A stretch of 63,459 nt of DNA, the filler included, from Craspedostauros australis (lineage: Eukaryota): the NCBI GenBank assembly GCA_030167865.1. It is 15 parts of 15 records of this genome, joined end to end, with 100 filler letters (N's around TTAATTAATTAA, not from the genome) between each part and the next. Parts side by side here need not be neighbours in the genome. Positions count along the whole stretch, not along the records: positions 7,818 to 9,575 come from JALAGF010003531.1; positions 9,676 to 25,453 come from JALAGF010003532.1; 13 more parts are not named here. The stretch is one strand, 5' to 3'. The position numbers and the translations under genes were made by a program. A model generated the notes under the pieces. The model made no database searches. It had not been told where the DNA came from and saw only the letters and a list, made by a program, of their open reading frames with translations. Of the stretch, positions 9,339 to 20,400 are shown piece by piece (the stretch's first letter is position 1; every line of letters starts with the position of its first letter).

Positions 9339-12300
9339 ATGCTCTTCAGATCCTCCTTACTAAAACTTATCTCGATTCCTTCATTGCTGATGACNNNCAC
9401 ACTACCACCGTGGTCTCAGCATGCGTATCCAACTTGCTTCAACTCAAGCAATGGAATCCGAGTGTCAGCTTCAGCCACAGCCACTGCTTCGTGACCGTCA
9501 CCACTGATTGTCATGACCTACACTGCAGTGTAACTACATGTGCGGAGAGCAAGGTACTGTATTGACTGTCTACTCNNNNNNNNNNNNNNNNNNNNNNNNN
9601 NNNNNNNNNNNNNNNNNNNTTAATTAATTAANNNNNNNNNNNNNNNNNNNNNNNNNNNNNNNNNNNNNNNNNNNNCTCATGGATCAGGATGGATGTATCG
9701 AGGAATGGCCAGACAGAAATTGATTGATCAATGGATGTTGCACCCCGTGTGGCATGGTGGAGAGATGAACAAGGCAGAGCAAACATGCGAGTGTGATGGA
9801 GAGTGCGATGGAGAGCACGTTTGCGGTGATGGCCCATGGGTGTTGAAGATACAGAATGATCGTGACATACGAGCCGAGCAGAGAAGATGTTGCGGCCAAC
9901 ACGAATAGAGTTGAGCGCAGCGTCCAACTCCAGCACACGTAGTCGTATGGTACATCGAGGGCCATTGAGTTGTGCCGAGTCAAGGATTGCTATGAAGCGC
10001 TCCGCGATGTGAGAGGAGATCCTGATACTCGCAGCTCATATACTAGTATATGATACAAGTAGTATTGGGGGATGTGGGTATTGTGTGTGTGGGGGGAGTT
10101 GGATGGGGGTGGTGGACAGTCAAGGCGGTGTGTGAAATGCCAGGACCATCCTTGTGGAGGATGTTGTGCAAGCACAAGGGATCCTCCCCGTGTCAAAAAG
10201 TAGTTTTAACAAGTGTCGGGCGATGCCCGACAATACTTCGTTAAAAGGTATTAGAACAGTTACTACACAAGATCAAAGCCAATAGGCGAAGAGAGATGGG
10301 TGTTGGAATGGTGCGCGCACACACACATGCGAGGAGAGAAGTTGGTTGTTGATGCGTTGCCAAAATCTGGAGCCAGAAACAAGTCACTCCCATCATCATC
10401 CTCCCAGATGTCTTTTCATCCTTGCTCTGTTCTCGCCAAACCAAGTCAACTTGTCCTTCTCGAAAACGCAATTGTGAGCAATCTTCAGCCTCTCGATATC
10501 CGTGCTGGAAATGATCATCATGGTGATGTTAACGAAAGCAGCAATACTAATCGATTAGATGTACGAATACATAGGCATGTAGCAGCTATCATATATGCGT
10601 CTGTGCTGCTGCGCTATGTCTCATGTGAGAGGAACACACGCCAACACTCGAACGTCTGCACAGCTGAAACGCAATCACTCGACAGAGTCTTCGACATGCC
10701 TCGAGAAAAGATAGACAGACGGAGCAGATAGCAAGGCCATGGTTGGAGTGTGGAGAATGGTGGACGATTCCACTCTACTATACTCTCCACCAATGTCCAG
10801 TCCCCGTAGAGGGATGGGGAAGGAAGGAGGGAGTGGGTGTATGTGTTGGGGGTGGAAGGGGGGCCTGTTCAAAATGCACAGATGGTGGTCAAGAGTGAAT
10901 GAAACTCTCGTCCTGGCTCTTCGCCACGCCATCCTCACAAAGAGAGTGAAGGACAGCGATCTTCTCGCGGAATCCATCCGTGCTTCTACTTGTCATCACA
11001 GGTGATGGTGGTTGCTAATTTGAGTTGATCAAATTAGGATAGTACATATATAGAGATTCTATAAAAGTACAGTCATGGGTGTTTGAATCACGCACACACA
11101 CACGAGAAGGATCAAGTTGCTTGGATCAGGGTTTCCAAATGCTCTTTTCCAAAAAGTGGCCAATCACAGAAACGTCCCATGCATCGCCCACATCTCAACT
11201 GCGTACAATTGTGCTTGAGTTGCGACTTTGCCGATCATTCCTTGGACCATGCACGTTGCCCATGTATCATAACATGCAAGACACATCATGCATGACAACT
11301 GATACGCTATTCTATACAGTTTGAGTGCGCTGTGTACTCATACGATACGCAGAATATGCGCGGTAGGGGACATGCCGTGACATGGAGATGCGTTCCGACT
11401 TTAGGACTTTCCAGGTGTGGGACCATGATGTTGTGTGGCATCGCATGGCAGGAGCTCATGGTACTATACAAGTAGAATGCCCAATTGGATGATGAATGGT
11501 GGGATGATGTTGAGCAATGCTGTTTGATTGAGCTGAAGTGAAGTGAACTGAACTTTCGGATTGTCTGACTTCATGCACAGATCAAGGTGATATGACCGAC
11601 ACAGCTAACGCAGTCCCATTGGTGCGGATCCTTCGGCTGCTGATTCTTCCGAATACGTGACGCTATGGCACTGTTCCCAACCCTTGCAGATGGCGTTGCA
11701 GAAAAAGCACTATCAGCGGCACGGCGCAATGATTGCGCCACCCTGTTCGATTGTACTGCGGATCTCGACTCCATCTGCTCTTCTCTTCTATACTTCATGC
11801 TTGAATGAACAGGTGCGCCATCCTCCTTCATCATGTATCGAACATGTATGTAATACTGATCAACATGGACCTGAAGACCTTCTATGTTGATTGCGCGCAC
11901 GGACGATCCCATCCACAAGAACCCAGAGATGATGGTGCGCACCAAAAAGAGGATAGCCTCGCACAAACCGGCTGGTTGGTTCATGCAATACACGTCCATC
12001 GAACACAGTCGCCGCTCGTCGCTACGGCTTGAGGAGGACACGGAAGTGCGGAGTGGAGTGGTTATATTACAAGTATTCTACATGATACCAATACTGTTAT
12101 GCTATTCTGATACAAGCTATTGTGAGCATGGAGGTGTTGATTGGTCCGCGCCGCACACGATGAGCATCCATCCATGCAGCCATCGATTCATCAACCCAGC
12201 CAAACACCCGAACGCCGGCCATGATGGTCTCACGTGCCACGACAAGTGTTGTCGCTTCGTGGAGATCAGCATATGTTTGGCGTTCGTATGATTGGCTTGC

Positions 12301-12398
12301 TTCGGACGGTTGTCGATGTTGTGGGATGCTGTGGCATGTGGAAGGAGCGACCACGTGCGCGTCGTTGGTCTTTGATCATGCAAGATTGCGGTTCACAA

Positions 12399-13274
12399 TC
12401 ACTGTGCGGAGGCCGCCTTGGCGATGTATGATAGCTTGGGGTACGACTCCTCCAGGTAGGCGTTTCCCTTCTTCTGGATCAGCGCCTGGTTGGGGCCGCG
12501 ACCCTGCGGTGCGCCCTCTCCGTAGCCAGCGTAGAGCGTGTCGACGATGTCCATGCCCTCGATGACTTGACCGATGGGGGAGAAGCCCTGTCGGTCGAGG
12601 AAGGCGTTGCCTTGATCACGCGTGTTGATGAAGATCTGGCTCGTGCGCGTGTTGGGACCTGCGGTGGCAAAGACCACGGTTCCTCGTGCGTTGGTGACCT
12701 TGACCGGATCATCGGGAAGGCTGGCCGATCGCCACTTGGCTTGCACGTTGGGATCGCCGTTGATGCCGAACTGGGCGATGAAGCCTGGCAGGACGCGGAA
12801 GAATCGGCATCCGTCCCAGAAGCCTTGATCCGTCAGATCGGTGAATCGCTGCACGCCGCGTGGTGCCCAATCGGGTCGCATTTGGATCTTGACGCTTCCC
12901 GTCTTGCCGACTTCGCCATCCAGGTTGGCGATTTGGAACTCGATGATGCGGGCACCCTCGATGCCTTCATCTGCTGCCAGCGTGGGTGACGCCAACGTCG
13001 TGGCAGCAGCGGTTCCGAACACAACGCGTCTGAGGCCACGGAAGAATTCGCGACGTCGCGATCCTCTTTCTGCCGACAGTGCTGTTGATGATGTTGACGA
13101 AGAAGTGGACGTTGAGGATGATGATGGATTCTGCGTGGTCTGGATTGACCTTATTCTTGTTGCTGATGTGCTGGTGGCTGTGAATGCAGCTGCGCTGTGC
13201 GATGCGAGGATGATGAATGCCACGCACAGCAGGCATGCAGCGATGAAGCGGTTCGATCGGGATGTAGAGGTCAT
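12399..13274 (-). CDS. Cyclophilin-type peptidyl-prolyl isomerase, plastid (thylakoid lumen) targeted
   Basis: [13 protein letters not shown] and [21 protein letters not shown] cyclophilin motifs. A signal peptide ends AAA-F (ASAFAP-like), followed by a Ser/Thr transit peptide, SRRREFF twin-arginine motif and hydrophobic stretch ending TLA. Confidence 0.93.
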   Translation of the reverse strand: MTSTSRSNRFIAACLLCVAFIILASHSAAAFTATSTSATRIRSIQTTQNPSSSSTSTSSSTSSTALSAERGSRRREFFRGLRRVVFGTAAATTLASPTLAADEGIEGARIIEFQIANLDGEVGKTGSVKIQMRPDWAPRGVQRFTDLTDQGFWDGCRFFRVLPGFIAQFGINGDPNVQAKWRSASLPDDPVKVTNARGTVVFATAGPNTRTSQIFINTRDQGNAFLDRQGFSPIGQVIEGMDIVDTLYAGYGEGAPQGRGPNQALIQKKGNAYLEESYPKLSYIAKAASAQ

Positions 13275-14491
13275 GTTGATTGAGCAGGCTGATGTAGTAT
13301 TCAGTGTGACGGTTGTAGATTGTGAGCATTGCCGAGGATGAATGTCCTGGAGAGTCGAGTACCCTGCTGGGATGCCATGGCCATCCCAATTACCATTGCA
13401 TCTTCGTCTGCATCAACGTCTGTTGCGTCCGTCGTCTGACTTTGTTGGTTGGTTGTGGTTCGTAGCTCCAACTCCACTGTCATCGCCAGCGCACCCACGG
13501 CGGCGGACTTATTACTTCATTCCGTCCTCGCCACGCAATGACGGGATTGGTCATCGCTTCCGCCAACTCGCGCAGTTTCGCGTTGTTTTGTGCTTCACCA
13601 TGAGTTGGCTGGATCATGTGTGTGGTTCGTCAACGATGAATCAGTTCCGCATGATGTGTCGTTTCGAGGTTCTGCTGGCGCGCATTTCTGGCGAGTTCCG
13701 CCGCGTACTCCCTCCTGATTGGACCATTGAGATGAGAAAGGAGAATGCATGACCGCACCAGCGCGCAGACATCACGACCTGTTCGATCTTTCCGACTCAA
13801 TGACTTTTCGACATCCCCAACAAACACGGGACTGGAAGGAGAACATTGGCGAACACATCACTGGCGAACCATGTGTCTGTCTGTTTGCAATAGTCTTGAG
13901 CTCATCTGTCAGTTTGAGTCGTGTTTCTGTTGTATGTCTGCCTGTTGCGACCAAATCAAACACGTCGGAGAATTCGATTTGTGTGTTGCTCGTCCGAGTC
14001 GAAGATGTCAATCGTGAACCAATCGCATTTACCGGGACTCCAAACAAACTTGTCGAAAAAACACCACAAACCAAATTCAAATTTGGATCTGCCAACAGGA
14101 GCAACAAGCAGGTCCAGACACCGCCATGCGTGGCTGCTTGCCTCCGTCCTTTCGTGGCTCTGCCTCTTGCATGCGTTCTCGGAAGCCAGACATGCGAGTG
14201 TGGTGTCATACCCGCACTTATAATACCTCTTTGGCGTCGGAGTTGGGATTGGGGTCAACGCTACCGACCACCTCGTCAACTTTCATTGATCATTTGCAAG
14301 GTCAAAGCAAGCAAAGCAGCACAACAAAGCGCACAAGGTGGCTCAGCTTCGCTACCTTCACCGGGCATCGGCCATTGGCAGCTGCATTCACGCTGAGACA
14401 GAGAGATACTCTCACGAGCAGACATTGGGGACGCAGTGGATCCAGACTGAATCTTTAGCTTCAGAACATCCGCGTGACGCACATTACGACC

Positions 14492-17400
14492 ATGACTCGT
14501 TTCTATTCGACTGCAGCTGCGAAGTACGAGTTCGCTCGTCGGCCAGCAAGGTCGTCAGCGAAGGCAGGAGTGAAGACAACACCATCGCAGTCGTCACCTG
14601 CGTCGTCCACGGGGAATGCGTCGTTTGGATCGTTTGAAATGGAAGGTGAGCCCAGCGATCTGTTGTTGGAAAGAGGAAGGTATGCGGTGTCACGTGACGT
14701 TGGTGCTTCGTTTGCGTCAGCTTTCGTTCTCTGCAAGTCGTCGATGTTTGGAAACAGTTCATGTTTGCAAGCTTCCATTCATCGCAATAGCTTGATTCAT
14801 CCATCTGACTCAACCGCGCTCATCCATATCCTCATTAATCCCCCTCGTTGTTTCCAATACGCTACTGCACATTTGCACATTTGCCGCATGGGCGTCTGCA
14901 TTTGCATTCGCGTCTGCATCACAGAATGCGTTTCGTCGAAGGACATCACAACGTACATGATGCGCCACAGGGAGGTGTGCCATGAGCTTCTCAACAAGCA
15001 CAGACCGTCCGTTGTCTGCTTGATGAAGCTGGGAAAGATCAATGAGACCGCTCAATCCAGCGCCATCCAGATCTACGATGCGGGATCGCAGAGCATCTTT
15101 GACGTCGGTGCGGATGATGATTCGGATTTCGATCTCGATGAATTCAAGGACTCGAGGATGGTGCCGCTATCGACGCCCATGCCATCGGATAAGTCGGTGT
15201 GGGCAACGCCGGCGCAATACAGTCTTGGGGCACTCACTACAGGGGGGAAACGATGGAGGAAGGTCTCCAGCTTGGTCGAAGCATCCCCGTACAGTGATGA
15301 CGACTTTCTCTACAGCCCCGTGGTCACATCGAAGCGCAGGCGGACGACAGCATCCTCCAAAAAGGCCAAAGGGGGCAACCGTTCTGACGACCGTGTCGCG
15401 GTACATCTTCATTTCGACAGCAGAGACACGGGGGACGATGGCGCAGAAGATATCTTTCATGAAGCGATTGACGAGATACCGCATTCACCCGTGGCGTCGC
15501 AAGACCTGGATGATTCTGGTATCTTCCATTCTCCAGAATTGATTCGCGAAGTGATTGATCTGATCCCAACCGAGCAGCTGGAGACGAAACCTGCGATGTT
15601 GCGCAGCAACACGGCCCTTAGCGACGATGATGTTTCCGACGTGACGCCCAAAACGGCGAATCATTCCTTTTCTTTCACCCCCAGCCAAGCTGAGAAGTTT
15701 CAAAATGCGTTGGGGTTGAGTGATAGCGATCATGAGAAGCTCGAGGAACGAAAGGATGGCGAAGGTGATGATCAAGTTCTTACTGACGCATCTGCGCCAA
15801 TGAAAACGGAGACACCAGCTGGCGAACCATCGTATGCGCTTTCGCAAACAGCACCGGCACAGTCGCCTCGGATTGAGGAAATGCCGGCAGTGGGGACCGG
15901 GATGCCACAACACGACAGCGACGACAAGGCTTTCGAAGAACCGCAGCAAGAAGAAGCATCAACTGCTGTCCCAGCAGAAGAACCACAGCCAGTTGCAGAC
16001 GAGGGCGGCACACATCAGCTCGATGACTACGAGCTTTGGCTCTTGAAGCAGCAGCAGCCGGGGGAGCCCGAGTTGATGGAAGAACCGGAGCTGTTGGATG
16101 AGCCAGATCTTGTGGAAGAACCGGCATTTGTAACCAACGATACCCCAGAATTGGATCGTAAACCCGCAAACGAACCTGCTGAGGAGCCAGTGTTGGAGGC
16201 AGTGCAGACATCAACACAAGAAACGGTACCGGGGCCTGCATCAACGTCAATATTCACACAGGGAACAGAGGAGCCAGGGCAGAGCTTGCAGTCGGCGGTT
16301 GAGACCACAACAACGACAGACTCCCACAACGAATCTGCAAATGAGTCAGCCCAAGATGCGCTCGACGAACCAACGCCAGAACCATCACCATCGCCAGAAC
16401 CAGTACCAACGCCAGAACCGACACCGGAGCTTGCATCAGCATCTTTATCGAAAGAGACTTCAGGGGAAACAGCTCAGAGTACAGAATCAATATCTGCGGC
16501 GAGAGACACCACAGAGTCCGATCACAAATCTCACGATGGACTAATTCAAGGGACTCCGCATGAATCATTGCCCGAGCCACCAAAGGAGCAGGAGGAACCT
16601 GGTGACATACAACAGCAACAGATGGACTCAACCCCAGTCGCGGAGAAGCCTGTCGCGGATGAGCACGAGTCCAGTGGTGATGTCAAGGATGGGCTCAAGC
16701 TTGAAAAAGAGAGAATCCCCGAAGGCACAGTTGAAGCAACGGAACACAGCTCAACTCCACCCAAGCCACAGTCAAGCTCGTTTGGGGCCAAGGACACGGA
16801 AACGACTGCTCTCGATAGTTCTGTTGCTGAAGCTTCCAAAAGCGAGCAACCTTCTTCGGCCAGTACAGCACTCCTTGATCCCTCCCCTGCCAAAGCACTC
16901 ATCGAATTTGGAGGAGACCCTGAAGGTGACCATGTCAAAATCATCAAGGATGATAAGCTCCGTGACAACGCACTTGAGCAGGGGTTGCAGACAGTGGCAG
17001 CACATGATGACAGTGATGGTGATGCTGATGCCACTTCGACGCCTCCCAAGAAAGACGCGTTAGCTGATGAAGCTAAAGAATCTGCAGGCTCGAAGGAAGT
17101 TTACCCAGCCACGGACTCTTCACCGCATGCAAGCAAGGTGACTGTCGAAAATGAGGCTGAGAGCGTGAAAGAGACTGAAACAGATGTGCAGGATCTCAAC
17201 ACAGCCTTTCAATCAGTGCAGGACTTCGTTAATGAATTGGGATCACAGACGGAAGAAACAACACCGAAAGAAACGCAGACGGCGCCATCAACGACACAAC
17301 TTACTGGTTTGGAGTCTGGAGTCGCAGCGGCAGCACTTGCAACAGCCGGCGCGACTGTAGAAGCAGCAGCAACAGGGGCACCATCGGCAGCGACAGCGGC

Positions 17401-20400
17401 ATCGGCAGCTACAGTACCGCCAACCCCACCGGTAGCAGCAATGGTACCAACGTTCTCACCTCCACCGCCTCCTCCGCCAGTACCAACGACATCGCCAGCA
17501 GGAAGTTGGCCAACGTCTCTCTCATTTAATCAAGCAACGCCCACCTTCAGCCAAGGAACATCCACATTTTCGTTCGGGCAAAAGACTGATGCAGCCGCAG
17601 CCCTACCGAATGCCATTGCCAAACCGGGCACTACTGCATCACACCATCCAACGACCGCCACACTTTTGGCCTCTCCCGATGGTATCGCTGACAAATCCGC
17701 AGACGTGGCCAAGCAGGACGTGGCCAAGCAGAACGCACCAACACCACCAACCCCAAAATCGTCAGTCTCTGCTTTCAGTTTTACTCCTCTCACTACTGGT
17801 GCAGCTACACCGGCAACTACACCCGTGGCTGCTGAAGCCGATGCTGATGCGCCAAATCAACCGTTCTCTTTGTCAAGCACACCACCAACCAAACAGCATG
17901 AACATCACAGCGCAGCAGGCGAGATGTCAAGCGCGTCCTTCCCTTTGGTGGCTGCCTCGCCAATGATCAATAAAGACGGTCACGAGAGCACCCAGGAGGA
18001 AGAAGGTGAGGCAGACAGGGTAAGTGAAGAAATCGACACCCAACAAGTGGAGCATTACTTCGACCAGTCCGCCGAAATGACTGCACACTCCACTGATGAT
18101 TACGATGTTTGGATTGCTACAAAGCAAACCGCCGACGAACCTGATCACGCAGCAACTCAAGATTCATCAGACGCTGAGCTGGCAACTGGGAACGATCAGC
18201 AGATTGAGCCCACAGAGCTCCTGAACGAAGGTAAAGGTCAGTTGGACGACAGCTTTGATGTTTGGTTAAGCGTCGGCAAGCAGCATGACCAATCGACGAA
18301 GTCGTCGCTTGATGGGGCCAACGAATCTACACCCAGCACAGACGAGCATCTCCCCGAGACACTACTATCACCCCACAACCTTGGATCGCCGCAGCAGCAG
18401 CCAAGAAAGGATGAGTCGTCAAGCTTGTCTGCATCTGCCACAGCCGCCACGCCAAACAAAGATGTACAGGATTCTAAGACTGTGCCATTTGGAGTCTCTG
18501 ATTCACCAGTCACCGCGGAAAAGCAGCTTCCTCAAGCAAAAATGACGGAAGAGGTGACCCAGGCGACGCCTGTGCAACCACAAACTCCTTCCAATGACGA
18601 TGCGAACCTCACCAGGATCGAAAGCCAGCCATATCAAGACCCTCCAGTACAAGACCAGGGTCTCATCGATGATGATGCGTTGAAGAAGCTCGAAGGGCAG
18701 GATGGATCTGGAATGGCCGATACGGTGAGTGGTCGAGATAACGCATCTGCACAAGCAACACCCCGAGCAACCAGCCCATCCACTCGGTCAATCGCTTTTG
18801 GTTCGCCATCGATCGAAACAGATCAGAGCGTTGAGGCCAAGACAACTTCCAATCGTGGAAACCAGCAGAACTCTGGCGATGACGACCACCGGCGCATCCA
18901 ATCGCCTCTACGTGCAAGCCCTGCGGCATCCCGCAGCAAGGATGAAGGTGTGGGCCAGCAGGTACTTGGAATTCTCGGTGACAAGCGGGTGCCGCCAACC
19001 AACCCTGATGCACAGAATCCGCCCAGGACTCCTCAACGAAAGGAGGTTTCCAACGATGATGCCAGGTCCGAGGATAACTATGATGTCTGGCTCGGCAAGC
19101 CTGGGGATATTGAAAGCTACGACTTCGTCGATCGTCAACCGGATGCCACTTTCGCGCCAGTGCCAGCAGCAGTGCCTGCGCAGGCTGAGGTGCCCCAAGC
19201 TGGTGCGTCCTTGGATGAGACCTTCGATAGCCTTGATGTTTGGATTGACGTGGAGAACAACATCCCCGGAGGTGCTACTAACACTGCATCTCAAACCGAG
19301 CGGCAGCAACCAGCTCAGGACAATGCTCGTACTGTTGAACAGCATGGATCTTGTGCGGCAGCGGATGCAATACCTGTTGCCCACGCTCCGGCCACGACTG
19401 ATGTTCCATCCAATGAAGCTGTGAACGCAAAGTCGGAATCGAACACGGTCGCTGACGCGATCGTGGACGAAAAAAACACGCTGGCGACAAAGAAGGAATA
19501 TGGACAGGCTCAGGATGCTGTTCCTGATATCGAAGCAGCAGTTGCCGCCAGTGACAAGTCCACGACACCACAACCACCGCCGCCGCCGCCGTCCACATTG
19601 TCCGACGACACGATGGTCAGGAACCAGGTGAAACAACCTTCGAACAACAGTGATGAGACGGCCGCACCTGATGCCTCTACAGACAGCAATGCGAAGAAGG
19701 CAAATACTGATCGGGGGGCTGAGATTGTCGGTGCTGTTGTTGATGCTACTGTTGGCGCCGCAAGACAAGAGGAAGAAATGAAGCAGGCACAGTCAGAAAC
19801 TGGATCAACGCAGCTCACGACGACGGAAACAAATGCGGAGGATCTGGCACAAACGAAGGTGCACACACAAACGCAAATACAAATGCAAAAGCAGACGTCT
19901 ACCAACGATGATGCTGAGCTCGGTATTTCATCCACTGACCTGGTCCGAAATGAACTTGAATCCAGCACGGTGATCGTTGAAGTGGGAGAAGATGCAGTAT
20001 ATGACAAACAGAGCACCAATGATACAGCGAAGCAATCAAATCCAACAACCATCGATGCAGCAGCCGCAGCCAACACACCGAACAAATCCGACGAGCATCC
20101 TCAGACCGCTTCTCAACAAACGCAACAGGGGGATGGTACCATTGAGGTCGAATTGAAGCCGGATACGACCGAAAGCGGTCTCCAGCAAAGGCAAGAAGAG
20201 GATCCTCGATCCGCCTCATTGAAGCCATCGCCCCATGATGTCTCCAGCTTGGCTGAAGAAGGAAGAAGTCCATCGATGACGGCGCGCAACGAACGTCAGA
20301 AATCGACAAGCGGATTATCTCCACCTCCAATTGACAGTGCCAAAGTCGCTGGCACAGGCAAAACAGATGGAACCAAAGAAAGCACAGCCGGTGCTGGGGA

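Noticed and set aside
9676..12390. Short ORFs including 9684-9983 and 11571-12041
   Set aside because: They have no recognisable motifs or consistent splice model.
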